A DNA stretch of 63,919 nucleotides, filler included, from Licmophora abbreviata (Eukaryota): assembly GCA_900291995.1 (NCBI GenBank). It is 9 parts of 9 records of this genome, joined end to end, with 100 filler letters (N's around TTAATTAATTAA, not from the genome) between each part and the next. Parts side by side here need not be neighbours in the genome. Positions count along the whole stretch, not along the records: positions 34,795 to 37,364 come from OLMU01005398.1; positions 37,465 to 40,728 come from OLMU01005400.1; positions 40,829 to 57,017 come from OLMU01005401.1; 6 more parts are not named here. One strand, written 5' to 3'. Positions 35,202 to 47,599 of this stretch are shown piece by piece (positions within the stretch are counted from its first letter, which is position 1; every line of letters begins with the position of its first letter). A model generated the notes under the pieces. It searched no databases. It had not been told where the DNA came from and was given only the letters and a program-made list of their open reading frames with translations. The position numbers were made by a program, and so were the translations under genes.

Positions 35202-36277
35202 ATGAGGGTTTTCCGTTCTTTTATCTTAGCGGTCTTGCTTCTGGCTAGTTCCTGCTGTGCGTTCACTTCTTCGCTCCGAGTATCACCATCCGGGCGCTCG
35301 GCTGTTGCTTCACTCGTCGAGTCGAGGGCCGCGACGCCGAAGTCGCTTATCGTTCCTGAAAGCCGGCGCCGCCGGAATGCACTGCTTTCCCACAATATGG
35401 CGACCAGCTCCTCGGAGGAGGAGGAGACGTCCATGCTGGCTTGGTTCTCGGAGCCGTCCATTCCATATGGCCTTGCCTGGGTTGCTCTTCTTGCCTTTAC
35501 TGCTGTTGCGCCCGGTGCCATGGCCGACCCCAAAGATCTTTCTTTGGTTCAGGCAGTGATCGACAACCCTCTCGACCCCGAAGGCGTCAACAAGCTCTTT
35601 TACTTTATCTTCAATCTGTTTGCCATCATTCCAGTGTCACTCGCCTGCCTGATCTACCCGCAACAACGAAGGAGCGGCAGTCTGCCAGCGACACCCTTTG
35701 TACTCTTGTCCACGTTTGTCGGATACTTTGCTTTAGGTAGGAAAAGATTGGAACTGACACTTGTTTGTTTGTTTCGCGTCTTCACGAGCATGCGACCTAC
35801 TAGCTAGTACCGGTACACTTCCACTCATATTTCCAAATTCGTTCTTTCTCTTTTACACACACAGGACCCTACATGACATTCCGTCAATCGCAGGCACCTC
35901 CAGTTGCACGCTCTTCCTTGAATTGGTTCACTCGAAACATTCTGGAAAATAAAGTGTTTTGTTGGTCAACCGCTCTCTTTGGCCTGTACCTACCCTTTGC
36001 ATCAGGCGTCGTCGAGCCTCTCCTGACGAATCCCATCGAACTCTGGGAAGGATACGTCGATTATTGGAGCAGTTCCAAGTTGGGAAGCGTATCCTCCGTG
36101 GACTTGTTGTTTCTGAGTATATCAGCGGCAACGTTAATCCCACTGGACTATCAGCTACGTCGGCCGGACGATGATCCAAGCGTGGGTCGGACGATTGGAG
36201 CTCTGTCTATGCTGCTTCCTGTGATTGGAAGCGTCTTGTACTGTGCATGGCGTCCGGCGTTGCCTGAAGAAGACTAA
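35202..36277 (+). CDS. Plastid-targeted polytopic membrane protein (DUF2834-like, tentative)
   Basis: CCA-FT leader, several TM segments. Intron 35737..35864 joins GYFALG-PYMTFR. Confidence 0.7.
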
Positions 36278-36662
36278 GTGGTATGATACTGCAACAACTA
36301 AAGCAAGCTAGCAAAAACCTGTCGACCGATGTTGTATGCAAGAATACATAACTATCATACAGAGTGCTACTGACCGACCTTCGCACTTGGTACTATACAT
36401 ACCACTCGCTCCCCGCAATCCATCTGTAGCTCCACGCACAGGTTACGCTTGGGAAAAAGTACTATCGAGATAGAGACAGTCACAAGGTGACCAGGATAAT
36501 TCTCATCACATGCGCACTGCACCTCGTGAGCAACAGCTTGCCTCTCCTCTTGAGAAACATACACATGATGTGCAAAAAGCAGCTCCATGAGAAAGAAAAG
36601 TAGGTGTATCAAATATAAAAAGAGAGTCAAGTCGATGGTGACGCAAGTGATCCAAGAGTCGT

Positions 36663-36950
36663 CTACTTCTTGCGGTGCGGGTTCGTGAGGCGACGCTGAA
36701 GCTGGGCGTGATGCAGTTGTCCCTTTTCACGATTCGCCATGGCTGCGGCAGCCTCGCGAGGACTCATTCCGGCAAAGGCCACGGCATGATCGGAGCGGTT
36801 GGAGTTGCGTCTCTTGAGCTCCTTCAAGACAGCGGGGTACTGGTTGCACTCGGTGGGAAGAGATGAGCCAGCGCAGAGCTTGTGAGCCAGAGTCTCGCAG
36901 TAGCTTTCCGAGAATCGACTATCTTCGTCTGTAGAAAATAATTTTAACAT
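36663..36950 (-). CDS. Small hypothetical protein (exon structure uncertain)
   Basis: 95-aa ORF with good ATG context (ACCATG). No recognisable family. Confidence 0.35.
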   Translation of the reverse strand: MLKLFSTDEDSRFSESYCETLAHKLCAGSSLPTECNQYPAVLKELKRRNSNRSDHAVAFAGMSPREAAAAMANREKGQLHHAQLQRRLTNPHRKK

Positions 36951-37364
36951 GGTGCGAGAGTGAGATCGAGAGTGAGATTGTGGCGCTTACACAGGCCGGG
37001 AACGGCGCGGCACGACTGAGGCAAACGTGTCACCGCTGGAGACACGACTGCTGACACTCACCGTCAAGCATCGGCTCCTCTGTGGAACAAAAGATACGTT
37101 TCGAATCTTGATGTGAGAAAGACGTGCGTCATACACCGAAAACACAATTTACAAAGCCACCCACGCTTGATCGCACTTACGAAGAAGGTCAGACTCGTTG
37201 CGGATAGAGAGACGGCGGGCAAGGGTGAAAGAATTGGCGCTCATGGTGGATCAAGAGTCGAATTCTGGATGGTGTCAAGAGAGAAACAATCTATGCAACA
37301 AAGTGACGAGAAGAGAACAAACCAAAAGTGACGGGACATCGAAATGGAGTCGGAAAAAGTGAGG

Positions 37365-37464
37365 NNNNNNNNNNNNNNNNNNNNNNNNNNNNNNNNNNNN
37401 NNNNNNNNTTAATTAATTAANNNNNNNNNNNNNNNNNNNNNNNNNNNNNNNNNNNNNNNNNNNN
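37365..37464. other. Assembly spacer
   Basis: N-TTAATTAATTAA-N. Confidence 0.98.
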
Positions 37465-37976
37465 GCTGATCGTATATGGTCCAAAATCAGAGTCAATGGT
37501 TTTCTCGGTCGACCATCCTCTTCGACTTCCTTGAGACTTCGATCATGATTTCGTAACCAATCCTCCTGATGACTCTTGTGTTCCCGTATGTAAAAGGCAA
37601 TGTTATTGGCCACGACCGCGGCTCGCTGGGGCGACTCTGCCACGGCCCACGCGCCCTCGCTCTTGGGCAGCACAAAACTCGAATAGGCTCTCAATGCTGC
37701 CGATCCACGAAAGTCCGGTGACTCCGTGAGGGTCTTTGGATCAAGACCGACTTGCTGCAATGCAGCATTCAAACGGGATGTTCGAGCTTGACTTCCCGCT
37801 ACGAACTGTGATGTTTCTTCGGGTGAAGCCGTAGACTTGCTCACGTAGTTTTTATTCTTTTTTGCTGTAGCATCATTCGAGGGAAGCGACAAGGCGCAAA
37901 CGAAGGGAACCAAGACGACAATCAAGAAGAATATAAAGACCGAGATAGCTCGGAGGGACACCATACGGCCCATCAT
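37465..37976 (-). CDS. Probable SpoU/TrmH-family RNA methyltransferase, N-terminal part (truncated by gap)
   Basis: Signal peptide; ends KPLTLILDHIRS, matching the start of SPOUT motif 1 just before the gap. Confidence 0.6.
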
Positions 37977-38236
37977 GCCTTGCAACGAACGGCGGTGTAC
38001 GCGCCGTTCATCGCACATCGCGACTCTCTCTCGAAACGCGCGCGAGTGGACCTGCACTGACACATTCGGGTTTTTGCGAAAACGAAACCGAACACCATTT
38101 TCGTGCCACGACTAGGGTCGGCCTCATGGTCGCTCATTTCGGCGTCGCCTTACCTGGTACACTGCAGACTACAGTACCTAGCTCATCAAGTGTAAGTCAT
38201 TATGTCTTACAACCAGATAGGTAGGACTCGACATGA

Positions 38237-38880
38237 CTACAGCGCTCCTTGCGTGTCGTTGCGAAGCATTTCATCAATACAGTCGTTTCCACATGCAAAA
38301 TCTAATTTCAGGCAGCTCTTTGCAGCGATATCTGGCTGCGGCTGCCCCTCATTTGAGCACGGAAACTGGACGTGCGGGGCATAGATCTCTTCTTCCAGGG
38401 CTCGAAGTCGTCTGTACTCTCTCAAAGCCTGTTCAAACATCTGTCTTCCAATCGTCTCTTCAATTGTCCCATCCAGACTATGGCGTGCCGCAGCCAGCTG
38501 CAAGTAGTCCCCATAATTTTCAGCTCGCGACCGTTTTGACTCGAGATACTGTTTCACCATCGGTGACACGAAGCCTTCTTTCAACTCTGTGTATGTACCA
38601 CCCAGATACTTGTAGGATGACGCGGCAGCAACCTTGGAAGGTGTAACAAGGATGTCACCGAGTTCGATGCCCATCAGCATAGACATGGCCACAACCGATT
38701 CGTCGAGCCGATCAACCACCATGAGAAAGTTGTAGCTATCGATTGCTCTATTGGCGTTTGCTTACACTTGATCTGGCTTGACGACAACATCCGGTGAACC
38801 TTCTTCCCATGCCGAAGGGCTCGAGCCATACAGGAGAGGCAAAGTTCAATTGGAAACCTCCCGATCTCTTTTTGCTTCTT
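38237..38880 (-). pseudogene. 5'-truncated, disrupted remnant of a diatom sulfotransferase-like gene
   Basis: Protein-like sequence extends upstream of the 161-aa ORF: GGFQLNFASPVWLEPF, frameshift, SAWEEGSPDVVVKPDQV*ANANRAIDSYNFLMVVDRLDESVV. Its 5' end overlaps the stop of the upstream transporter gene. Confidence 0.5.
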
Positions 38881-40405
38881 GACCTTGCAATCCTTCACTG
38901 ACAATCATCTTCTGCGTTTCTTTCTTGGTAGGTATAATGCTAGCCAGTCCCCACGTTGTCCTCAGCCACATGCCATTCAAGACAAATGCAATCTGACAAA
39001 GCCGAGCGAGACTCGAGCACAGTCCTGCTGCAGTGAGCCCCGACAGAAGCAGCGCCATACCTGACTTTCCGAATCGACCACCAAAGAGACCAATGGTTTC
39101 CTTGCCCAAGTAGCGACCCTCAAAGTCGAGAGGCTGATAGACCATAATGTACGTGACTGTGCGAAAAGAGTAATCCATAATTTTGGTGACACAAAACGCC
39201 GAGGCCAACACTGGCAATGTCAGCTGAGTACTCGTGCACAACAGCCCACAGCACAACAGTGGCCAAAGGGGCATGGTGCGCCACAAGTCAGCTTGCTCAA
39301 ACTTTTTCAATAAGGATGGGACCATAAGAAGCTGAATGGCTGTCGATGTGGCGTTGATGAGCGAATAAATGCGACCGGTATAGGCAGATCGGGCAACGTC
39401 GTCCGGAATAGAGTCTTTGAGCGAACGTACAAAGGCGACGTTCAGAGTAGTGCTGAGGCACTGATAGGCAATGACTTCGCCCAACAAGGCCTGTAAGGTT
39501 GGTGTCCTACGAAAGAGGGCGATTGTTGCTTGGAAACGATTGTCTTGTCTTCGGCCCTCTTCTGATTTCTTGTTGTTGCTATCTTCGTTGGGATTCCTGT
39601 TTGGAGCACACCCATGTCGTTCCGAAAGTTCATACGCTCGCTCACCACAGAGCAGAGACCCTACCATGAAAACAGTCGCAATCATGATCATTCCCAGCAA
39701 TCCCGTATGAGGGACGACCCAAGGAATCAAGCTTCCCAGTACGCTCCCGACCAAACTAGAACACGCGGCAATCCTGGGGAACCATAGAGATCCTTCTTCG
39801 GGCGACGCAATGCTGCTCATAAAAGCCCAGTGCTGCATGTACAACCAATGTTGATAGGAGTTCTGAAAGAGGAACGTCAAACCGACCATGGCTCTTGCGA
39901 TGAAACTAGGATGCGTAAAGCGAATCATGGTGACACTGAGCAAGACAAAGAGAATCGAAAAGAGCGTCGTGTTTCGAAGCGCCCCTCTCGGTCCATCACG
40001 TTCCAGTGTGCGACCATAGCCCCACAACAAAACAATGGCAAACGGACTTATCAATCCACTGGCCAAGGGAAAGGCAGCGGCATTCGCAAAGCCAAATTCA
40101 GAAGAGGTAAATAGAGCCAAACACGAATTTCGTAGGAACTCGTAGCCACCAAAGTGTAAAATCAAGGCGCCTGCCATGTATCCAACGGACTGAGCTCTAG
40201 GCGACAGGTCTCGTAGTAGTGACTGTGGGGAGTTCTCACGGCTACTACTGGTGTCGTGTTGAGGACCGCAAAGCAGCGCGCTAGTAGTTGAACTCCTTCG
40301 GGAACGAGCCATAATGGCCGTACTCCAAGCAGACAACAGAACAGGCCTTGGTGCAGCGCTGCTCAGAGCAGAGAAGGCTTGAAATCTGGGAGTCAGAATC
40401 ATCAT
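38846..40405 (-). CDS. Divergent nucleotide transporter (NTT/TLC ATP-ADP translocase-like, MFS fold)
   Basis: GYEFLR, W-x-FM...E...FP, KIMDYSF, RYLGKETIGLFGGRFGKSG resemble TLC-family motifs. About 11-12 hydrophobic segments. Confidence 0.75.
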   Translation of the reverse strand: MMILTPRFQAFSALSSAAPRPVLLSAWSTAIMARSRRSSTTSALLCGPQHDTSSSRENSPQSLLRDLSPRAQSVGYMAGALILHFGGYEFLRNSCLALFTSSEFGFANAAAFPLASGLISPFAIVLLWGYGRTLERDGPRGALRNTTLFSILFVLLSVTMIRFTHPSFIARAMVGLTFLFQNSYQHWLYMQHWAFMSSIASPEEGSLWFPRIAACSSLVGSVLGSLIPWVVPHTGLLGMIMIATVFMVGSLLCGERAYELSERHGCAPNRNPNEDSNNKKSEEGRRQDNRFQATIALFRRTPTLQALLGEVIAYQCLSTTLNVAFVRSLKDSIPDDVARSAYTGRIYSLINATSTAIQLLMVPSLLKKFEQADLWRTMPLWPLLCCGLLCTSTQLTLPVLASAFCVTKIMDYSFRTVTYIMVYQPLDFEGRYLGKETIGLFGGRFGKSGMALLLSGLTAAGLCSSLARLCQIAFVLNGMWLRTTWGLASIIPTKKETQKMIVSEGLQGQEAKRDREVSN

Positions 40406-40728
40406 GGAGCGTCGCGAGTTTCATTCTTTGACACCGGTGGTTTTTCGAGCGATCTATCGATCGACCGATCAATCGTTCATGCTGGTGATCGTCCTCGTTG
40501 ATGGGATGAGGGCGTTGATGTGAGTTTGAAGTTGACACGGTTGACGAGAGTTCGCAACAGATCTCAAAAATCGGTCGACGGACGGACATGTATGCTCGGA
40601 GAAATAAATCTTGAGCGCGGGAAAACTCATTCAAAAAAGACGCGCGGACAAACTCTACCGGTATGCAAACGCGAACACTCCGCATTCGAAATTGTGATGC
40701 CATCGATCGAAATTGACACTAGGCTCTA

Positions 40729-40828
40729 NNNNNNNNNNNNNNNNNNNNNNNNNNNNNNNNNNNNNNNNNNNNTTAATTAATTAANNNNNNNNNNNNNNNN
40801 NNNNNNNNNNNNNNNNNNNNNNNNNNNN
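40729..40828. other. Assembly spacer
   Basis: N-TTAATTAATTAA-N. Confidence 0.98.
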
Positions 40829-41064
40829 ACGAAATTTGCTTTGATAATCGCTGGATCTTTGGCGGCGATGGAGGTTTGGGCGGCGCCATGAAGCTGAAAG
40901 TGAGAAGCGCTCTCGTGGAAGGAGCGCTTGGCGTCACTTGAATGTCGCTCGAAGGGAATACCGGTACCTGCACTTGAAAACAACGCGGCGATAGCTTTCT
41001 GTTTCTGGCTCTGACGACCGACGACTTTCCACGCCTCGCACAGGACAAGCCTGTGAGATGTCAT
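40829..41064 (-). CDS. Possible 5' end of a mitochondrion-targeted protein, truncated by gap
   Basis: Open frame from ATG 41064 into the gap, with presequence-like composition. Confidence 0.3.
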
Positions 41065-41528
41065 TATGGTTGCTGGTATAGTGTTTGGTGTATTTATTCA
41101 ATGGTGTGAATCGAAGACTCTGTTTCGCATTTGTGGCAATGATTGAATGTGCCGCGTCGCGGGGTTCGCATCGCGGTGTGATGTTCGCATTCGAAAGATA
41201 CTTCTCTTTTCCGGGTTTCTGGGGTTTCCTTTGCCACAGGCAGGGAGGGAGGAGTGCTGTTGCTGTTGATCGCAAAGCATCGATTGGAGCTTCCGTAATG
41301 CTGCACGGACAAAGTTCTACAGGTAACCGAGATTTGTCGCCACCTAGAAAAGCGTGTGTGGTAGAACTGTCTAATAATAAACAAAATTTTGTTGTGTAGA
41401 AATAGGCACACACAGACGCCTGCGCCAAACCCTCTAACCGGTACCTACCGGTAAAGTCTAGGACAAGTAGTGCGCGTGCTGTAATTGTAGAGATACATGG
41501 TGAGATGTTTGTCTGTATTGCTCCACCG

Positions 41529-43043
41529 TTAGGACGGACAGAGCTTGGACAACGATGAATCTTTTGATCTCTTGACGAGGAGATGCTTGAGAAGCTCGTT
41601 TCGGAGCTCCTCATCCATTTTCGGTGGCGGCAATGACCAGACCAAGTCGGCACCGCTACCCTCCAGCGCAGTTCTGTCTTGATCAAGATGGGAGGATACT
41701 CCAATCAAGAGGCAGTCTTGCAGACCTGGAGGCGCTGTGTTTCCAGATGATAATGCCTTGATGAGGTCGGAACCGGAAGAACGACCCATCGAAGAGGCGT
41801 TCACCTGCTGTCGTCGGTTCGGTTCGAGTCTTTCTTCCACTATGATCAGGTCGAAACTCTTTAAAGGCAGTTCTCTCATTCGCCGCATCGCCTCTTCGCG
41901 GTCACGAGATGTCGTTACCTTCGCATAAGGAAGCATAGTCTTGAGAGACTTGGCAAACAAGGAGCGAATTACATGCTGAGGATGCACGACCAATACGTTC
42001 CGGATTTGCTTTCTCGATTCCAGCTCATGTCGATCATCGATATCGTCCTCTCCATCCAGGCGTAAAGCTTTTAGCGCGTAGACTGGCTTCGACGACATGG
42101 GCCTCGCCACTAGACGGCCGGTCCCCGTCGGCACCAGCTCAGTGCTCTCGCGACACGCCATAACCCGAGCCAGCGCCTCACGTTTAAATACCTCCATCTC
42201 TGCAGGAGTAAACCAAGTCTGCTTCATTTCGTCCTCGGTTCTCTCAAACTCCACTACCAGAACTCGAGGGTCAAACGCGATGGACGACGGCGACGCAGTA
42301 TCCTGACGACTCGGTGACAAAGGAGGCTGAGTTTCCTCTGAAGACTCGCTATCTTCGTCTTCTTTAGTCAGCCGAACAAGAGATGGGACAGACTCCGAAG
42401 TTGGTGTTGTTACCTCCGCCGCACTATACGCCGTTGACTCTTCGACTGCAGCTTGCTGCGGCCGCTTTCGCTTGGAGCGCAGGATAGATGCCGGCGATGT
42501 CTTTCCATTTTCCGTTGGCGTCGCTCTGGGTTCTATTTCAACTAAATATTTGTGTCCACGGAATCGTGGTTGACTAGGAGTGTCTTTCTCCTTGGTAAGA
42601 GTCGGCTCGGAGAGCTCTTCTGCCGACTGCGACGGTGGCCCGATCGGTTTGGGCTTGAAGGGAGGAATCACGAACGGGTCCGTTTTCGATCTGGAGGTTG
42701 CCGTCTCTCGGACCGAGTTAAGTGTGTTGACTTTCGAGATCAGTGTAAGTTTAGGTGTCACATCTGGCTTCTGCTGATGCTGGCGGGGTTGGAGAGGTTC
42801 CAAGGGCAACAAGGATTCGAGTTTTTGGCTGTGAGGTTCTACAGGTGATGACAAGGACATCGCTTCGACAGAAGAGACTTTGTTGGTCGGTCGTACGTGC
42901 GATGGCGATTTCGACTCATGCCCGCGTACCACCTCCTTGTGTACTCTTACATCCCCATGGAGAGATGGGAAAATAACTCTCCGATACAGGTTTGGAGAGT
43001 CGGAGATACTCCTCTGTGAAGGAGCTAAAGATGAAAAAACCAT
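41529..43043 (-). CDS. Low-complexity protein with C-terminal receiver (REC)-like domain
   Basis: RNVLVVHP...FDLIIVEE...SGSDLIKAL...LLIGVSS...GADLVWSLP follows the CheY beta/alpha pattern. Confidence 0.7.
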   Translation of the reverse strand: MVFSSLAPSQRSISDSPNLYRRVIFPSLHGDVRVHKEVVRGHESKSPSHVRPTNKVSSVEAMSLSSPVEPHSQKLESLLPLEPLQPRQHQQKPDVTPKLTLISKVNTLNSVRETATSRSKTDPFVIPPFKPKPIGPPSQSAEELSEPTLTKEKDTPSQPRFRGHKYLVEIEPRATPTENGKTSPASILRSKRKRPQQAAVEESTAYSAAEVTTPTSESVPSLVRLTKEDEDSESSEETQPPLSPSRQDTASPSSIAFDPRVLVVEFERTEDEMKQTWFTPAEMEVFKREALARVMACRESTELVPTGTGRLVARPMSSKPVYALKALRLDGEDDIDDRHELESRKQIRNVLVVHPQHVIRSLFAKSLKTMLPYAKVTTSRDREEAMRRMRELPLKSFDLIIVEERLEPNRRQQVNASSMGRSSGSDLIKALSSGNTAPPGLQDCLLIGVSSHLDQDRTALEGSGADLVWSLPPPKMDEELRNELLKHLLVKRSKDSSLSKLCPS

Positions 43044-43626
43044 CAAAACTGGCCAGGCGACCTTCCCTTCTATTTCTCCTGGACAGCCGACCCTCTAACG
43101 AAGCCAGCGCAATATTCTGCGAGCTAGAACGCCAAATGGAAGTCAGCAGAGTAGCTCAAGGGGCGTTCCTTGATGCATGGTCCACAACACTGTGTCGCTT
43201 TTATGTTGTGTTGCAGTTGTGTCAAGTAGCAACTCTACTCATTTTCCAGCCTCCGAAATGAGCTACGGAACTTGTTCGCCGGCTTCGCGTTGGGTGCTCA
43301 TGAGTGTCCTAGCGACATCGGTGACGGACCTTTACTTAAAAGTTTACCGCGGTATTGAGGTACAGCACGATACAGAAAGAGAGTTAGTCGAGAGAGTCAA
43401 ATAGTCGTCACGACTCGATTGATTCCATTCCCTAGCCCTAAAAAGAATATCCGACCTGTCTGTCCTCGTCGGTTGACCGTTCGCCCTTGTCGGCCCTTCG
43501 AAACCCGTTTAGCGGATGCATGGCAAGGTCGGAGCCTTTGGCCTTTGCGAAAACACATGAAGGAAGAAGGCAGAGCGAAGCAAGGGCATCAGAGACGTTC
43601 CTTTCGTTGAAGATCGAAGCTCTGTC

Positions 43627-44555
43627 ATGCTTCAAAGACTCGGGCGTTCCTCTTCAAGATCCATTTTTGTTCTGTCTTGCGTTCTTTGCAACGTGTCTGC
43701 CTTCCTGGTCTCTCCGCGCGCTGCCTCCTCGCACGTCATTAGAATGACAAGCACAAACACGGAGCACAATTTCACAGGAGAAAGGGTGCAAAAGACAGAT
43801 CATTTGCTTCCGACAATGATTGTATTTGATCTGGATGACTGTTTATGGAGCCCGGAAATGTACACGCTCCACGCGAAACCGTCTATTCCGATTGAAGGCG
43901 ACCTCAGCCCCGACCGCACAGTACCAGAGTCGGAACGGATGACGGGAGTCATTGGAATGCAAGTCCCGCGAGGACCCACTGTTCGTTTGTTTGATGGTGC
44001 TCGTAAGGCTCTTTTTCAACTGGCTACGGATCCGAAGTATGCCGGCGTCATTCTAGCCGCTGCTTCGTCCTCGGAAGAACCATCCTTTTCTCATGCTTGC
44101 CTAGAAGGAATAGAGATCTTGCCTGGATTGACGTTGAGAGATATGTGCCAGTGAGTCATGTTTAAAGTTGTTTAGACGTAAATGATCATGATCATGAAGC
44201 TCATTTTGCACTTCATGCTCTCCTTGTTGCAGGTATGATGAGATAGGTCGCACGGGACGACTAACGAGTCGAAAGACGACTCACTTTCAGCTTTTGGGTG
44301 AAGCGAGCGGCGTTCCCTACAACGAAATGCTTTTCTTTGACGGTAAGCCGCTCTTTTGTTCCAGTAGAGAAGTGTGTACCGCACGATCTAACCTTTGTAT
44401 TTACGGTTTCCGTAGACTGCAATTGGGGTGACCACTGTGCCGATGTCACGGCAAACTTTGGTGTGGTGAGCCAGCGAACACCGAGAGGCATGCAACTAAG
44501 TGAGTTTCATGCTGGCTTGGAGAAGTATCGGCTTGAAGCAAAAAAAGCGATTTAA
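43627..44555 (+). CDS. Magnesium-dependent phosphatase 1 (MDP1)-like HAD phosphatase, plastid-type leader
   Basis: MIVFDLDDCLW, AASSS, EMLFFD|DCNW. Introns about 44151..44232 and 44343..44415. VSA-FL leader. Confidence 0.85.
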
Positions 44556-44631
44556 CTCTTAGGTAGATACTGATCAAAGCTTAATAAAAGCGAACTAGTA
44601 GAGAGGAGCTTGTCGCGACTAACCGAGCGAG

Positions 44632-46846
44632 TTACGTCGTTGCAGCGACACGCGCAGAAACGAATTCCTCGAACTCCTTGCAGGCACCGAGCAGGCCTCC
44701 TGCCGCTTTCGAAGAGTCGGCGATGAGCGTGTCGCCGTCCACAAATCGCACCGTCATGTTCAAATCGATATCGGCACATTTATTGGCACTCGCAGTCTGC
44801 GCGATCGCATCGTCGTACTCCTTCTTCTCGCGCTTGACCTTTTCGCCAACAGTCTCCTTCAGCGCATCGGTCCATGCTTCGCCTGACAGGTCCTTGCCAG
44901 TCAGCTCCTTCACAATCTCCAAGAACGGGCGAGAGTTCCCACATTGCCAATAGGCAGTAGCAAGGGTGGGCCCCACATTCGGATTGTCGACAATGTAGCC
45001 ATCGCGTTGCTTGAAGAATTTGCGCGTTTGATGAACGCTCATTTCCGCGAGCTAATAGGGTCACGTACCGCAAGCAACGCAAACACCGTGAGCCACGCAT
45101 GTCACAACGAAAAAACACGGAGTGCACACATGAAGCGCTTTGGACGTACCGTGTATCCCTGGTAGTAGCAGCTTGCCTCATCGCTGACGATATGTGGGAC
45201 ACTCAACAACGGACGAGGACTGAACCCACCCTGGATCTTGATCTCGACTGCGTCGGCGAGACTCTGGATCTTTTCCGCCGTCACTTGGTTCTCCGGGAGT
45301 TCGTAGAGAGCCTTCTCAAAGAATGAGACCGACAGCATTGCTCTGAGCTGAAACACAGCAAACGGATGAGTAGCTCGGATTCCTTCCTCAATGATTTCAA
45401 ACGGGATGGGATTGCCTTTAAGATCACGCGCATACTTAGCCCGCCAAGCTGCGTCGCCAACGAGAGAATCCAGAAACATGCTTTGGTTTTCGGCGTACGC
45501 GACGCTAGTCGGAGCTCGCTCCTGACTGAACAAGGGACTCGGCTGCTGAATGTTGGCAAAGTGAGCTGCATGACCAGCCTCGTGCATAAGAGTCGTGAGC
45601 GCGGTGAGACCAGAACCAATTGCGGATGGATCCGCAAGCGACGTAAAGTTTGCCACAGACGGCTGCCACGTGCCGTCAGGTTTGACCCAAGCTGGCGTCG
45701 GCCAGTGGCAGAAACCATTCGAATACTTCTTGGGTCTATCCAGCAAGTCAAGGTTCATGGTAGCTCCGGCGTACGAGATCCCGAGGGCTGCATAGGAGCG
45801 AATGTAGCTTTCCACAGATTTTGAAAAGGGAAAGTATGGGTCCTGCCACGGGCGCGCACACACAAAGTGTGGGTCCGATACACAATAGGTAAGCTCCAGC
45901 GTAGAAAGGCCATATGTCGCAGTGACTTTTCAACGTACCATTTTCTTGATTACAGATCCAGCCATCATAAAGGCCGTGTTCCAGGGATCAAGAGCAGCCT
46001 TGCCAAAGCGATGCTCTAGTTCGTTCCGTGCTTCTTCCATTAGGGGGCGCGTCCCTTCCTCCAGCCCATCGAGTATCTCAAAGAGCCTAGCTTTATTGAA
46101 TCCTTCGGCGTTGGACACTTTGTAATCGTAGTAGTCAACATACCCAAGCTGTTTGGCCATCTTGTTTCGCAATTTGACAATCTCGACGAACCCGTTGTCA
46201 CAAACAAAAGGACCGATCGAACGGAGCCCGTCGTACGCCGCCTTGCGAATAGATTCCTCGGCTGACGTTCTCATCAAGTTACGCAGCCCTACAGATGAAG
46301 CAACTTGAAACTCCCCAGCAGTGTTGGTGTACCCCAACTTCATTTGGTTCCGAGACATTTCCAAGCTACTCTCAATCTCACTGGTGTCCTCGCGAATGGA
46401 CTTGGCCTCTGGAGACGATGACATGTCGTTACACTGGCATGTACGAATAATGACATCGAGAGTTTTTGCTAGGTCAGCTGGTGTCCCCTCTTCTCCGGAA
46501 ATACTCTCGCGAAACATCTTGGCCTGTTGCAACGCAGCAGGATCCGAGAGCAAGTCCTCCATCTCTTTTTTGGTCTGTGCGAGTGCTTCGGACGAAAACT
46601 CGCCCTTCAAAGCCATCTTCGTCCCCCAAAACTGTTCCTCAAACGCATAATGCTTGTTGGCATAGTTTTCGTTGAAGTGATTCACAAACGCCTAAACACA
46701 ACGGCATCGACCCGAAAGATTAGCGCAATGACAATATCGCGTGGGTTCAACCACAGCCAGAACGATCCAAGCAACAAGTCTCCTATAAAGAACAGGTAGA
46801 CCATACTCACCTGCGCAGCGTCAAATTTGGTCGCCGAAGTTGTCAT
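44632..46846 (-). CDS. M3-family metallopeptidase (oligoendopeptidase), 4 exons
   Basis: LMHEAGHAAH (HEXXH), AENQSMFL, KYSNGFCH, YYQGYT|LAEM. Short exon 1 46846..46811. Confidence 0.88.
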
Positions 46847-47599
46847 GATCAATCCAACAAATACCAGCACTACTTCAATATTCATTCAGCGTGAGTGAAT
46901 GTCTACCGGTACCTGGTGGTCACGGACACGGGTCGCAGCCGGAAGAGTGAGAGCAGCAACGGCGCGATTAGCTCGAGCCGTCGTGTGTGCCGGCCGAGAC
47001 GCGGCTCGATTCACGACTGTGACGTGATGCGGATGATGTGATGAGACACGCGCGACCACAAAAACGCGTGAATAGAACAGATGTACTCGTAAACTGCAAG
47101 CTTTGGTTTGGTCGCGCCGCCGACAAGCGACAAGGTCATAATGAACAACGACTGCACTAACATATCAATACCACACCACCACATTTGTAGATTATCGTGC
47201 TAGAAAGCTGGATTCTCTGGCTGAAGAAATGGGGTCGTCATACGATCGGATTTTCGTCGTCTTTTCACATGTCGCAGTCACATACATGACACAGCGCATC
47301 AATCGAGCGAGAGTGTTCCGTCGAATCCGTCTGCTACTACGTAGCAAAGAAACTTCGAATGGCAGAGGATCAAACTGTTGAACTTAACTGGATCCTTTAC
47401 TTGAAGCTTCTAAGAATTAACTTCGGCTCTCTGGAAGTGATGGGCCCTACAGATAGTGTCGAATGGCGTGGCATTCGGAACACGACAACCCGGTAACAAG
47501 AACAATCAACCAACATACACCAGAAGTATAGTATCTGGCTACTGTCGGAGTACGACGCCTTCGCTAGGATATGGTTCATTGCCTGGAAATCTCATATGT

